Below, piece by piece: positions 43,686 through 55,499 of a stretch of DNA of 64,000 bases; position 1 is the first letter of the stretch; every line of letters starts with the position of its first letter. The notes under the pieces are model-generated. The model worked only from the letters and a program-made list of their open reading frames with translations. It was not told the DNA's origin and did no database searches. This DNA comes from Nematocida ausubeli. Taxonomy: Eukaryota. The DNA lies in assembly GCF_000738915.1 (NCBI RefSeq), contig NW_026515637.1, positions 62,001 to 126,000 on the forward strand, written 5' to 3'. Made by a program: the position numbers and the translations under genes.

Positions 43686-44369
43686 TTATTCACTATACGG
43701 CAGACGCCTAAATAATATGCTTCTATGATAGAAGTCAGATGACCTTCTGACTGTCTCTATAAGACTGGTTATTACAACCACACGCACACCCAGGGCATTC
43801 AGTACCTTTAATAAGAAGAAGACCTCGTGCTTTTTCTCTTCTGTTCTTTCCACATTTAAAAGCGTAATTAGAGTGTCTATCCCTAATATTTGTGTCTTTG
43901 TAATATGCTGCGTCTTTATGACTGTCTCTAACACGGAAATCATCTCATCCATACTCGTTGCAGTATGGACCTTTGTCCCATCTATCTCAGGGACTGGTCC
44001 TTTTGTAATAATAAGCTGTGGGAATAGATGGTAATTTACTCGTAGCAGACCGTAAAGAAAACTAGACTTACCAGAGCACCTAACCCCAAGTATTTCAATA
44101 CACACTGGTTCCATAAGAAGACAGGCAACTTCATTGTACTCCTCTATCTTTGCATATAAAATTGAGTTTGTATCTGGGTGAATGCGTTCCTGCATAGATA
44201 GTCTATCTGACCTATCTGCTTCACTTTGCCCCTCAAGCAGATTGCACAGATCTAAAGAATTCTCTGAGCTGAGATCTAAATATCCACTGTCTTCTGTACT
44301 GCTTTCAAGTGAAGACAGCTTGAAGTCTCTTAGAATGTCAGCAGAGGAAGATTTAATAATATCCCGCAT
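43686..44369 (-). CDS. RecA/Rad51-paralogue-like P-loop protein
   Basis: IEILGVRCSGKSS Walker A, ILGIDTL Walker B and VRVVVITS; ATG at 44369 (the 44381 start is TTG). Confidence 0.55.
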   Translation of the reverse strand: MRDIIKSSSADILRDFKLSSLESSTEDSGYLDLSSENSLDLCNLLEGQSEADRSDRLSMQERIHPDTNSILYAKIEEYNEVACLLMEPVCIEILGVRCSGKSSFLYGLLRVNYHLFPQLIITKGPVPEIDGTKVHTATSMDEMISVLETVIKTQHITKTQILGIDTLITLLNVERTEEKKHEVFFLLKVLNALGVRVVVITSLIETVRRSSDFYHRSILFRRLPYSE

Positions 44370-44396
44370 ATTTACAGACAAAAACTTTTTTAATAA

Positions 44397-47300
44397 ATGG
44401 AGTTTTCATTGTACAAGCGAAGGTCTGTCTGGACACACACTTACGTGATTCCAGCTTACTTCTATCCAGCTGCGTACTGGTTTGGGGCGAAGATTACATT
44501 TGGAGAAGCAGGAACAAATGGATGTGCAATTTGTGTCTTCCTTCTGGCTCTGATCCAAGGATTCTTGTTTCTATCTTCATTTTGGGGTAGTAAGGTATAC
44601 GAAATATCTAAGCTCACAAAGGTCTCCAACATAAATGAAGCAGAAATGATAAAAATCACAAAGAAGCAGGCAATGAACAAGCAGAATAAGGTTGGATTTG
44701 CACCAGTACTCTCCAAGGTGGCTGTTATTAAGGACAAGAAGGAGAAGATAAAGTGGTTTGAATTTGACAATGATGTGTTTTACTTCAATGGAACAGCAAT
44801 TAAGCAGCTAGAAATAAAAACAGATTTCTCTTTGGAGGCATATCTCTCTAAGACTGTGAGTGTGTCCAATATGCTCACTACCCTGGAGAGAGTCATCTGC
44901 CCAAAGAATGAATTTAAGATTGAGCCACCTACTTTCATAAGAATGTTTGCAGAGCATGCAGTCAGTCCATTCTTTGTCTTCCAGATATTCTGTGCCCTTC
45001 TGTGGATGCTTGATGAGTACTGGAAATACTCTCTTTTTACGTTCTTCACGATAATTGCATTTGAAGGGGGAATGGTCTTCCAAAGACACACGAATATTAA
45101 GCAGCTAAGAAGTCTTAACCTAGCACCACAGAAGATCATGCGGGTGGTAAATGAGAAGAAGGAGGCAGTGCTAAGCTGCGATCTGCTTCCAGGAGACAGA
45201 ATATTTGTTGACCAAAATATACAACTGCCAGCTGACGTACTAATAGTAAAAGGCACTGCAGTTGTCAATGAGTCTATGCTGTCAGGTGAAGCCACACCCG
45301 TCCATAAAGAGTCCGTTGTAAAGCAAGATGTACCCCTTTCACTTGCACACCACAAGAAAAATATCCTATTCGGGGGAACAAAAATACTCAAGATCTCTGA
45401 GAAGGGCATTGAGTGCATTGTCCTTAGGACTGGATTTATGTCAGAACAAGGTGAACTTATTAAGTCTATGATTGCATCAGAGGACACAGTTAGTGAAAAT
45501 AACTATGAAGCATATATGTTTATCTTGGCTATGCTTGTTTTTGCAGTTATATCCTGCGTGTACGTTGTCCGTGAAAGCATAGCAATGGGAAAGACACTTT
45601 ACAAGATTGTACTGGAGTGCATTATGATTCTGACTAATGTAGTACCACCTGAACTGCCCATGGAGCTCACTATTGCTGTTAATTCATCCCTTCAGGAACT
45701 TGTTGGTCTTGGTGTCTACTGCCTGGAGCCATTCAGAATTCCATTTGCTGGGAAAATAACCGTCTGTTGCTTTGATAAGACAGGAACACTTACAGAACTT
45801 AACCTGCAACTGACATCAATTGAGTCTGATAATAAGGCAATGGCACACTTGGTGATTGGAACATGCCACTCCTTAGTGCTTCTCAATGACAAGGTAGAAG
45901 GTGACCCCTTGGATACATGTGGATTCTCATACGTAAATGGATCTCTTCTTAACGATAACCAAATTCTACTGGAAAATAAGCAGTACACTGTCCTGAAGAA
46001 ACTCTCTTTTGATAGTTCTCTGAAGAGAGCAGTCTCCATCATACAGTCAGAAGACTCTTTCTTTGTCGTTATGAAAGGTGCCCCAGAGACAGTCCAGGAA
46101 TACTTACAGAAGGTCCCTGCTGACTACAGTAAATTTGAAGATTGTGCAGAGAACGGGTTTAGAGTGATTGCCTTGGCAATGAAGCCATTGAAGTCACTCT
46201 CTAAGGCACAGATTCTTTCCATGGAGAGAACTGAGATTGAGGCTGATTTGCAGTTCGTTGGAGTTGCCCTTTATAACTCGAAACTAAAGGATAATGCACA
46301 AGAGACAATCAGTCACTTGATAGAGAGTAACCATAAGGTGATTATGATCACAGGAGATAACGGGAAGACTGCAGTTAGTGTGGCTAAACAGGTCGGAATG
46401 TACAACGAGAAGCACTTAAGTGGCTCTAGTGAGATAGATGCATTCTTGCACAGTGTATCCCAGATGCCTGAGTCAGAGCAAAAGACTGTGGTCTGGCCCT
46501 CTGTCTTTGCCAGGGCTGACCCAGACTCTAAAGAGAAGATTATTTCCCTACTGAACTCAATAGGAGAGTACACACTCATGTGCGGTGATGGAACAAATGA
46601 CGTTGGTGCATTGAAAACAGCACATGCTGGAATTGCTCTTTTGGAAAAGACAAAGGGAAAGGGTAAGTCTATTGCCTTACCTGGGAATATAGGACAGTCT
46701 ATGTTCATTCTTGATGAAGAGATAAAAGTGAAGTTGGGAGATGCAAGTATTGCAGCCCCTTTCACCTCCAGGACAGGATCTCTTAAATCCGTTATTGACG
46801 TTATTTCCAGAGGACGGTCTGCACTTGTCAGTACTGTGCAAATGTACAAGGTACTTGCTCTAAATTGCCTTCTATCTGCATATACCCTTAGTGTCTTTGA
46901 TACTATGGGCGTAAAGTACGGTGATTTCCAAATGACTGCTGCTGGAATGCTCTCTGCTGTTTCATTCACTTTCTTTGGGAAATCTAGGCCTCTTGCCCGG
47001 ATATCCCAGGAGAAACCAGTTGCAAAAATATTCAGTAGATACATTGTAGTCTCTGTTGTACTGCAAACCCTTGTGCATATCTCCTCGTTCTACTACATAT
47101 ACCTTGGAGTAATTTCATTTGGGCCGATTGTCCTTCAGGAGAAATTTGTCCCTACGTTAGCAAATACAGCCATGTTCTTGCTAGGATCTGCCCTGCAGGT
47201 GACCACGCTTGTTGTAAACTATGTTGGGCGCCCATTCAGAGAAAGCCTTACAGAAAATAAGAAGCTGTTGAACTCACTGCTTCTTTCTTTGGGGATGGTG

Positions 47301-47507
47301 GTTGTCTGCACCTTGGAGATTATGCCTGAGATAAACGAGCAAATGCAGTTTGTTGAGATCCCCATGAACATGAAAATGAGGCTACTTAGCACAATGTGCG
47401 CCAACTTCATTCTTTGCTTGGGCATAGAAAAGACTTCCTTTGAGCTTTTCATGCGAAAACCAGCTGCAGCTGTGGAAGAGCAGAGAAGAGATAAGAAAAA
47501 CAAGTAG
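44397..47507 (+). CDS. SPF1: P5A-type ATPase Spf1/ATP13A1
   Basis: PFFVFQIFC..LWMLDEYW, LSGEATP, VPPELPMEL, DKTGT and MCGDGTNDVGALK. Confidence 0.95.
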   Translation: MEFSLYKRRSVWTHTYVIPAYFYPAAYWFGAKITFGEAGTNGCAICVFLLALIQGFLFLSSFWGSKVYEISKLTKVSNINEAEMIKITKKQAMNKQNKVGFAPVLSKVAVIKDKKEKIKWFEFDNDVFYFNGTAIKQLEIKTDFSLEAYLSKTVSVSNMLTTLERVICPKNEFKIEPPTFIRMFAEHAVSPFFVFQIFCALLWMLDEYWKYSLFTFFTIIAFEGGMVFQRHTNIKQLRSLNLAPQKIMRVVNEKKEAVLSCDLLPGDRIFVDQNIQLPADVLIVKGTAVVNESMLSGEATPVHKESVVKQDVPLSLAHHKKNILFGGTKILKISEKGIECIVLRTGFMSEQGELIKSMIASEDTVSENNYEAYMFILAMLVFAVISCVYVVRESIAMGKTLYKIVLECIMILTNVVPPELPMELTIAVNSSLQELVGLGVYCLEPFRIPFAGKITVCCFDKTGTLTELNLQLTSIESDNKAMAHLVIGTCHSLVLLNDKVEGDPLDTCGFSYVNGSLLNDNQILLENKQYTVLKKLSFDSSLKRAVSIIQSEDSFFVVMKGAPETVQEYLQKVPADYSKFEDCAENGFRVIALAMKPLKSLSKAQILSMERTEIEADLQFVGVALYNSKLKDNAQETISHLIESNHKVIMITGDNGKTAVSVAKQVGMYNEKHLSGSSEIDAFLHSVSQMPESEQKTVVWPSVFARADPDSKEKIISLLNSIGEYTLMCGDGTNDVGALKTAHAGIALLEKTKGKGKSIALPGNIGQSMFILDEEIKVKLGDASIAAPFTSRTGSLKSVIDVISRGRSALVSTVQMYKVLALNCLLSAYTLSVFDTMGVKYGDFQMTAAGMLSAVSFTFFGKSRPLARISQEKPVAKIFSRYIVVSVVLQTLVHISSFYYIYLGVISFGPIVLQEKFVPTLANTAMFLLGSALQVTTLVVNYVGRPFRESLTENKKLLNSLLLSLGMVVVCTLEIMPEINEQMQFVEIPMNMKMRLLSTMCANFILCLGIEKTSFELFMRKPAAAVEEQRRDKKNK

Positions 47508-47760
47508 ACTATTATTCTGTTTCAGCATGCAGTCCTTGCAAAGACTATTGAATGAATAGCTATCCTGCAACTAACCTGCAGCTTTTAAATAAACTGAATA
47601 AAGTATGCACAACCACTCTCTTTTAAACAAAAACGAACATCCATAAACCCTCAGTACATGAATCATTATGATATTTACAGTCAATTTATCTACACTGCCC
47701 TTAGAAATACCCGTCTACTGTGCATGAAAATATTTTGGGTTATATTGGGTTTTAATGTAC

Positions 47761-48270
47761 TCTAACAAGATAATATTTAAGCCAGGAGATATTAATATAA
47801 ACCTTGATAGTAGATAGTTGTCAAGGGTGCTTTAGTTTCGGGTTATATTCGAATATCTTTGGTGACTGTTATTTTTTGTCTTTTTGTCTTTTTATTGAAT
47901 TTTGTTGTCGACTGTTTTCAAGTGCTGTCGAGTAGAAAAGATGGAAAATTATTTAAAATTCTACTAGTAGAGAGAGTACACTAGAGCAAAAATTACTAAA
48001 GAAAATTAAAGAGAAATTTATTTAAATTCACTACTACTAGAAGTACTACTATATATAGAGTACACTGGCAGTAGAAAAAAAGAGAAAAAGAGAGAATTTG
48101 TTTAAAAATACTACTAGTAGAGAGACTAACAACAACAATTACTAAAGACAAGAAATTAAAGACAAATAGACAAAAACTAAAGACAAAAGATATAATTTAC
48201 TTAAAACTACTACTACATATAGCCACTAGAGAAAAAAACATTTATATGGATATAACCCGATATAACCCGA
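47761..48270 (-). repeat. Dispersed repeat family R1, copy left of NFS1 (inverted)
   Basis: Reverse complement of 47761-47880 aligns with 50205-50325; 47923-47976 and 48111-48134 align with 50007-50080. Confidence 0.75.
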
Positions 48271-48362
48271 ATGTTAGTATACAAAGAATATAATGAAATA
48301 TTTTATCATAACGGTATTTATTAATCAGACCTTATTTTGCAAAGAATACTGTATCCTTGCAC

Positions 48363-49646
48363 TCAATGGGCATTCCAATTTATTGTGTTTAAGTCTATCC
48401 CTTCTTGTGCCATTTCGAATAGAGGCGAGAGTTCTCTTAGTTTCTTCACCTTTTTTACAACTTCCTTTACTACGCTCTTAATATCTGACTTTGTTGTAAA
48501 CCGTCCTATTCCAAATCGCAAAGAGGAATGTGCTAGGTCATCCTCTACACCAAGGGACTTTAATACGTAGGATGGCTCAAGTGATGCAGATGTACATGCA
48601 CTCCCACTGCTTATAGCAATATTTGGAAGGGCCATAATAAGAGACTCTCCTTCCACATACGGGAATGATATATTTATGCAGCCTGGGTATCCACTTACGT
48701 CTCCATTTCTCTTTATATCTGGGATCTCCTTGATCAGTCCTTTTATTAGCTGCTGTGAAAGTTCTTTTATTTTCTTGTTGTCTTTCTCCATGTCTCTCTG
48801 TGCTATTTCGCATGCCTTCCCTAGGCCTGCAACCAAAGCCGTTGGAAGAGTTCCACTGCGCATGCCTCTCTCTTGGCCACCTCCACTGAATAATGGCTGT
48901 ATTCTTGGTCTGGGCCTGTCTCTTGTGACATACAATGCACCTATTCCCATGGGCCCGTATATTTTGTGTCCTGATATGCTCATTAGTGATATATTCATAT
49001 CTTTAACGTCTATTGGTATTTTTCCAACTGCCTGTGCTGCATCTGTATGGAAGAATACATTGTTTTCCTTGCATATTTTCCCAATCTCCTTCAATGGGGA
49101 TATTGTTCCTATTTCATTATTCACTGCTATGATACTCGCAAGAACTGTCTGCGGTCTAATTGCTGCCTTTAGGTCCTCTATATTTATTAGGCCATTCTTA
49201 TTCACAGAGAGATATGTTACATCAAAGCCTTCTTCTTCTAGGTCTCTGCATGTCTCCAGGACACTCTTATGCTCTATTTTTGTTGTGATGATGTGCGGTT
49301 TTTCACTCATGTCTTGCTTAAGGAATCTTGCAATTCCTTTTATCGCTATATTGTTGCTTTCTGTGGCTCCACTAGTAAATATAATCTCCTTTGCATCTGC
49401 GTGTATTATCGAGGCAACTTTCTCTCTTGCGTCTTCTACTGCCCTCTCTGCATTCCATCCAAACTGGTGGGTTCGACTGTGCGAATTTCCAAACTTTTCT
49501 TTGAAATACGGAATCATTGCACTGACTACCCTTGGGTCTGTTGGAGTTGTTGCCTGGAAATCCATATATATAGGGGTACTTGCCCCCAGCCCAATCCACT
49601 CAGATATTTTTCTGGGCGCCCTTATGAGCGAGTGTATTAAAGACAT
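48363..49646 (-). CDS. NFS1: Mitosomal cysteine desulfurase Nfs1
   Basis: [29 protein letters not shown] and SSGSAC. Likely start MSLIHS at 49646 (after AAATTTTTTT); alternative 49667. Confidence 0.95.
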   Translation of the reverse strand: MSLIHSLIRAPRKISEWIGLGASTPIYMDFQATTPTDPRVVSAMIPYFKEKFGNSHSRTHQFGWNAERAVEDAREKVASIIHADAKEIIFTSGATESNNIAIKGIARFLKQDMSEKPHIITTKIEHKSVLETCRDLEEEGFDVTYLSVNKNGLINIEDLKAAIRPQTVLASIIAVNNEIGTISPLKEIGKICKENNVFFHTDAAQAVGKIPIDVKDMNISLMSISGHKIYGPMGIGALYVTRDRPRPRIQPLFSGGGQERGMRSGTLPTALVAGLGKACEIAQRDMEKDNKKIKELSQQLIKGLIKEIPDIKRNGDVSGYPGCINISFPYVEGESLIMALPNIAISSGSACTSASLEPSYVLKSLGVEDDLAHSSLRFGIGRFTTKSDIKSVVKEVVKKVKKLRELSPLFEMAQEGIDLNTINWNAH

Positions 49647-49900
49647 AAAAAAATTTGTAGCTTCCATTGAAGATTTCAACTGGCTTAAGCTAAAATAAAA
49701 TATTCTGGATAGTAATCCAGGGGAACAGAATGTATGGAGATTCCATATTTATTGTCCCTTGGGAATAGAACTATCTCAACTGTCTGTATATTCTGAATGA
49801 AATACAGTTTTATTTACTCCTAAAGAATTCTTTATGTGCTGCTGTAACTAGTTTTAGTATGTCTATGGTAGTGAATAATTATATTATATCTATTTGATAT

Positions 49901-50325
49901 GGGTTATATCGGGTTATATTGGAATATATTCAAGTATATTTCTTGTACTATTTGTCTGCTTATGTCTTCTTGCTTAAAATTAGACTAATAATCCTGTTTT
50001 ATTTTCTGTTGTCAGTCTCTCTACTAGTAGAAGTTTAACTTAAAATGAATTTCATCTTTAGCCTTCTAGTCGACAATCTCACAAGATTATTCTGAGACTG
50101 CAAGAGTCCATATTTACACTTGGATGAAGATTCTTTGTATATGAGAAGGTCACTGTAGTAAATAGTGTGAAAATATTAAGACAACTGAAAATTGTCCTTA
50201 GAGAGACAAAAAATCACAGTAACCGAAGATATTCTAGTATGTGATAAGAATAATACCCCCTTGACAAATATCCCTATTAGAGGTTTATATTACTATATCT
50301 TGGCTGAAATATTATCTCGTTTGGA
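49901..50325 (+). repeat. Dispersed repeat family R1, copy right of NFS1
   Basis: GACAAAAAAT.ACAGT.ACC.AAGATATTC...CCCTTGACAA...GGTTTATATTA...TGGCT.AAATATTATCT shared with the left copy. Confidence 0.75.
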
Positions 50326-51559
50326 CATATCAAATTTCTTCATTCAATTGAACCCTCTACTAGTTATAACCTTCTACTAGTTATAATAATGAAATTCTGG
50401 TTATATATTTACTTTATAGCATATTATATATAACCCGTTTATATTAAAGTCCCTTTTGACTGCTTCTTTAACTTTCTGCAGGGCCATTTCTCTTTGCTAG
50501 GTTTGCTTCTTCTGTATACTTCACTCTTGCACAAGATAACTGCTTTGCAACGTACAGAAGGTGTTAAATAATTTAACACCAAAATGTATTGAAAGACGAA
50601 TATTATACCTTTCTACTCATACTGACTGGTTCTTTTATTCAGATAGCCCAATGTGTCTAGTGTATGTCTATGGGACTGTTATTTTATTTTCTATTTTTTT
50701 GATCTTTTTCTTCTTTGTGTGCAGTAACCTTTCATTTTTTACATATATATACTACAGTATAGACACTTTATATTTTTGGAGTAGCACTAGAAAATATGAA
50801 AATATACGTAGATAAAGAACCCTACATAAATGGCATGCACACACAGCAAGTGAACAATGGCATATGCATAATAATACATATGCAAGTTATACCAGCCCAC
50901 TTAGATGCTGTGTGTATGGTTAAATTTAAACAAAGTTATATAAAACATGCGGAAATATAGATTATATGGCTTCTAATAAATACATCTAGTGCCTTACTAT
51001 GCACAGATGCAACTTGCATAATAAGAGAAGCAGAAGAGTGCATTCTATTATATCTACTACTGAATATTTTAATCCTATTAAAATCAACTCTAAAGAATAT
51101 AGTCCCAAAAATAAAGCACTAACTGCATAAGCATCCAAGAGACCAGTACTATATGAAGGTATATATGTAGGGAAAAGGCTTTTTAGCAGTGAAATTTAGT
51201 CTAAGTTTAATAACTATGACTCACTGTGTAGTTATATTTTCATTATAATAGACTAAATATACTGTAAAAATATCTAAACCAAAAGAATAGTTCTATTGTT
51301 GACTTTTATTAAGAGTAGATAAATCCATAAGAATAAGTTCAGCACTTCTTCTGTGCTTCTAGAAGGATTGTAGCTTTTTACATCAAAGTGCTTCCAGCAA
51401 GACATCAGCAAAGAAAAATAATTATATGTGCATAGAACAAAAGACCCATTTATATTAATAAAAGCCTTTGACTTAAGAGAATAAGCACATATTTGCTACT
51501 TTCTGGCTTTATGCCTACTGGCATACGAGTTGCAAGATGCCTTTTTTCACCCAAAAAAT

Positions 51560-52879
51560 CTATTTAATATGGTCCATAGGGTTTTCGCAGTAGTAAATAG
51601 ATGAAGACCTTGAGGTACCCATCTCTTCATTATTATTAAAGACTGAATCACGGAGAGTTTTCAATGTAAATATACTAGTGGCAAGACCAGCTGCGCCTAT
51701 AAGAGCACGTGAAACCATGCTCTTTTTACTCTTAATAGGAGTGACTCTGTTGTGGTCTAATATAATGCTTATATAGAGATTTACTCTGGCCTTAATATAT
51801 TCAGCAATATCCTCATCTATTTCATTCTCATGCAAAAACTTCTTTAGCCTAGCAAGAATTAATTTCTTCTGAGACTTAACATTGTAAGGTAATTTTGCAC
51901 TTCCCTTCACCTTGGGTGATGGCAAGGCAGCTGATAATTGTGCTTCATACTCCTTGTAGCTACTGTCTTCATCAAGTATATCCTGGATAACTTGGATAAC
52001 CTCATTTACAACACGAAAGTTTTCATAAAGATTTACAATCATTTGCTTGTCGTAATTAGACATATTTTCTTCATTTTCCAACTGTTCCTTCTCAGTATGT
52101 GCCAGTAGACTCCATCTATGACTCATAAATAGACTAAGTGCATAATCTATATTATACACCCCATCCCTTCTCTTCTCATACATATTAATTTCACTTGTCA
52201 CAAACCCTTCACTCTTTAAGTGCTGCACAAATTTGCACAGAATAGGAATTACTATGCTCTCCTTGTATATGGAGACAAATAGTTTTTCTGCTAGGCTGGC
52301 TGCCTTATATGTCATGAAGTAGTACAGATTTCCTTTATGATTCTCATTTGTGTAACTGCACCATCTATTCATCTTATTCTCTATAGTATCCAATAGAGAC
52401 TGTATTTTTACAGACCCAAGTATGTCCTCCAGACACTCAATAAACTGGTTCTTTGTAGTACGCATGGTTCTATAGATAGGATGGTCATTCTCTGATAGAT
52501 AAATCATCGTATTCTTCTCTATGAATAGGTTAATAATCTCCTTGAAAGAGTCTGTGTTGCAGTAATCAGGCATATCTTTTATATCTATGTAGATATTCCT
52601 GATTAAAGCATTTTGCAGTAAAGGAATTAAGTCATTCTTTCCAAAGTAGACTAATTCGCATGTCTTAAGTAAGGCTTGCTTTATATCAGCAATAGCCGAA
52701 TCATGGTCAAATGACACTCTTGCATAGCATTGTTTTGAGTCAGGAAAGTCCCATCCATCTTTAAATACGCAAGGAAGAGTATATCCATACATTCTCTCCA
52801 CATCAAAATTAGATAATTCATCAGCATCCTTATACATTAAGAAGGCATTTGTTTTCTCCATACGCTTGATCACAGACAT
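51560..52879 (-). CDS. Hypothetical helical protein with C-terminal hydrophobic segment
   Basis: 439-aa ORF; ALIGAAGLATSIFTL near the C-terminus; no family recognised. Confidence 0.7.
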   Translation of the reverse strand: MSVIKRMEKTNAFLMYKDADELSNFDVERMYGYTLPCVFKDGWDFPDSKQCYARVSFDHDSAIADIKQALLKTCELVYFGKNDLIPLLQNALIRNIYIDIKDMPDYCNTDSFKEIINLFIEKNTMIYLSENDHPIYRTMRTTKNQFIECLEDILGSVKIQSLLDTIENKMNRWCSYTNENHKGNLYYFMTYKAASLAEKLFVSIYKESIVIPILCKFVQHLKSEGFVTSEINMYEKRRDGVYNIDYALSLFMSHRWSLLAHTEKEQLENEENMSNYDKQMIVNLYENFRVVNEVIQVIQDILDEDSSYKEYEAQLSAALPSPKVKGSAKLPYNVKSQKKLILARLKKFLHENEIDEDIAEYIKARVNLYISIILDHNRVTPIKSKKSMVSRALIGAAGLATSIFTLKTLRDSVFNNNEEMGTSRSSSIYYCENPMDHIK

Positions 52880-53510
52880 TCAAAAAAAATTATTCTACCA
52901 AATAAATAACAGCTAAAATAGTCATAGAGTCATAGACTAAGACCTAATATATTTTGTATATTATATACTATGAATAAAATAGTACTAAGTCTACTGCTTT
53001 TTCTCTTCAGGTATTATTCTCTTCACTATATATTCTATTCAGGTATTGTTCTATTCAGGTATTTTTTTATTGTTCTGCTGTAGAGCATAAACATAAAAAC
53101 TTCTACTAAAGAAATAATACATCTAGTGGTACTTACTAGTGATAGAGAGTATTATATGTATATATTTACACGTTTATAGTTGTATTTTCATACATATTTA
53201 CTTGGTATTTCTTCACAATATATTCATTTTATACTCTATTCCTGACCAATACTATATATTCACTATATATTCCCAATATTTCTTCTATATATATTCTCTC
53301 TATATTTCTTCACTATATATTCTTCCCAATATTTACAAAACATGTAAATTTCACTGCAATTTATCACAATATCTACACATATCTACATATACCCCATGAG
53401 ATATATCTACATATCTACACTATTCTATGAAATCCTGCAATAGCCACCATCCTTTGTAAGTCAAGTCTATGGTATATGAAGTATAAATAAAACTTTACCA
53501 TAATTTTATT

Positions 53511-54626
53511 ATGTATACCGTGGGAGACATAACAGTGCATGTGGCTGACATAGGACATGAGACGTGTAAGGCAGGCTATGCAGGAGGAGAAGTTCCTTCT
53601 ATTTTTGAGAAAAGAGGTGAAAAGACTCTAGAAGAAGCACTTACTGCCACATTAGAAGAACTCACAGATGACCTTGAGACTATTCCATTGATTAACATTG
53701 AAGATCCATTCACATCAAAAGAAGCCAGGAAGAATGCATTCTCGCATATAATGGAGACTACTTTGGCTTCTGGTACACTGTTTATTAATGGGGCTGTTGC
53801 AGATTGCTTTAGTTATGGAAAGAGCTCTGGTCTTATGGTGAGACTATGTGGGGGAAGTACACAAGTTATCTCAGTTATTGATGGATATTGCTTGAGTGGT
53901 GGTATTAAGAGTACATGTGGTGGGGATAGTCTGACTAAGGCTGCCCATAGTCTTCTAAAAAATAAGTCAGCAGAACTAAAGACAGATCTTCTTGTTCCAC
54001 CAGTGGCAATTCAAGAGAGAACACGAGTTTCATTTGAGCAGATGCCAATCTACAAGGAAAAGCCTTCATATTCAATTCTCTCAGAGGAAAGTAAGGTACC
54101 TCTTGAGATGGGTGTTGCAAAGTGCTTTAAAGAGTCAATTTCCTTCATTGGTCACTGCCAACCAAAGTACTATGAATTTGCAACTGGCTTCAGTACAAGA
54201 ATATTTTCAGAGAGAAATATAATACCAGAACTTCTTTTTGAGAAGACTGGAAGGACAATGGAGAGACTTGATCCACTGAAGCAAATGGCTGGGGTTATTG
54301 AGCCAATGGGACTATTAGAAATGATAAAAACCACCATGGATACAGTTGACTTAGACCATTATGATATGCTTCTTGGGAATATAATGCTGTCAGGTGGTGG
54401 TTCTTTGATTCCTGGGATAACAGAGAGACTGCAGGCTGATCTTATGGAAATGTATCCAAATGCCAGGATAAAGGTGAATAATGACAGAAGAGAGTTTGGA
54501 ACCTTCTTTGGAGGATCAATCTTAGGCTCACTTGGGACTGCCAGTACACTTATGATCACTAAGGAAGACTATGAAGAATGTGGATTAACAGCACTGGACA
54601 GAAAGAGGTCTGAGTGGATAAAGTAG
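53511..54626 (+). CDS. ARP4: Nuclear actin-related protein Arp4
   Basis: DIGHETCKAGYAG, YEFATGF...ER.IIPELLF, NIMLSGGGSLIPG and FGGSILGSLGT. Confidence 0.8.
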   Translation: MYTVGDITVHVADIGHETCKAGYAGGEVPSIFEKRGEKTLEEALTATLEELTDDLETIPLINIEDPFTSKEARKNAFSHIMETTLASGTLFINGAVADCFSYGKSSGLMVRLCGGSTQVISVIDGYCLSGGIKSTCGGDSLTKAAHSLLKNKSAELKTDLLVPPVAIQERTRVSFEQMPIYKEKPSYSILSEESKVPLEMGVAKCFKESISFIGHCQPKYYEFATGFSTRIFSERNIIPELLFEKTGRTMERLDPLKQMAGVIEPMGLLEMIKTTMDTVDLDHYDMLLGNIMLSGGGSLIPGITERLQADLMEMYPNARIKVNNDRREFGTFFGGSILGSLGTASTLMITKEDYEECGLTALDRKRSEWIK

Positions 54627-55299
54627 CATAAATAAATAAGCATTTTACAGTCTCTGAGTGTATATTTGGGTTATATTCCCTTGTACTTCTATACTCTTGG
54701 GTGAAAATATCTCTAAATATTCATGTCCTGAGACCGTATTATCCCTGGGTATCACAGTATATGAATCAGTACATAGTCACTTTAACTGCAATTATTTGAA
54801 TATATGCTAATTCTACTGTATATACGACCCATTCAGCTTATAAATGAGCACTTGTTCATGCACTAGAATTTTCACTCCTGCAAGTTAAAACTATAGTCTA
54901 AAGTATTTATGTACTTTACAAATATATCTAGTAGGGTTTAGAGGCAGGAGTGTATATGTGCATATATATTAGACTAAGGCATTCTAGATATTTTATAAGT
55001 CTGCATAATTATTTATGTCTACTTCACAGGATAACCTGAATTTAGCCCATGATAAATTCATTCAAATAAGAATATTTAAGAGAGAAAGAATTAAGAAAAT
55101 ACAACGAGAAGAAATATAAATAGATAAGATACATGTACACTAGATAGGGCATAAATAAGTTTATTATTGCTAGATAATTAAGGGTATTCAAGATATTTCA
55201 GACAGTAGCTTCATGCACAGCAGTCCTTTATTTAATTTTACAATAGACAACCAAATATAACGGATTCAAATATAACGAATAATCATATTTATTCTCATT

Positions 55300-55499
55300 A
55301 TATCTCGAAATATTTCAACATTATATACGTTATATCCAATATATACGTTATATCTCAAAATATTTCAACATTATATACGCTATATCTCAAAATTATTTCA
55401 ACACTATATCTCATATTATATCCAATATATACGTTATATCCAATATACTCCAAAATACTCCAATATAACCCCAAAATATCTCGATACACCCCAAAATAT
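55300..55499. repeat. Degenerate AT-rich tandem repeats (TATACGTTATATC / AAAATATTTCAACA)
   Basis: Several imperfect copies just downstream of the 55500-56519 gene. Confidence 0.65.

Noticed and set aside
48676..49698. 340-aa plus-strand ORF
   Set aside because: Antisense shadow of NFS1.
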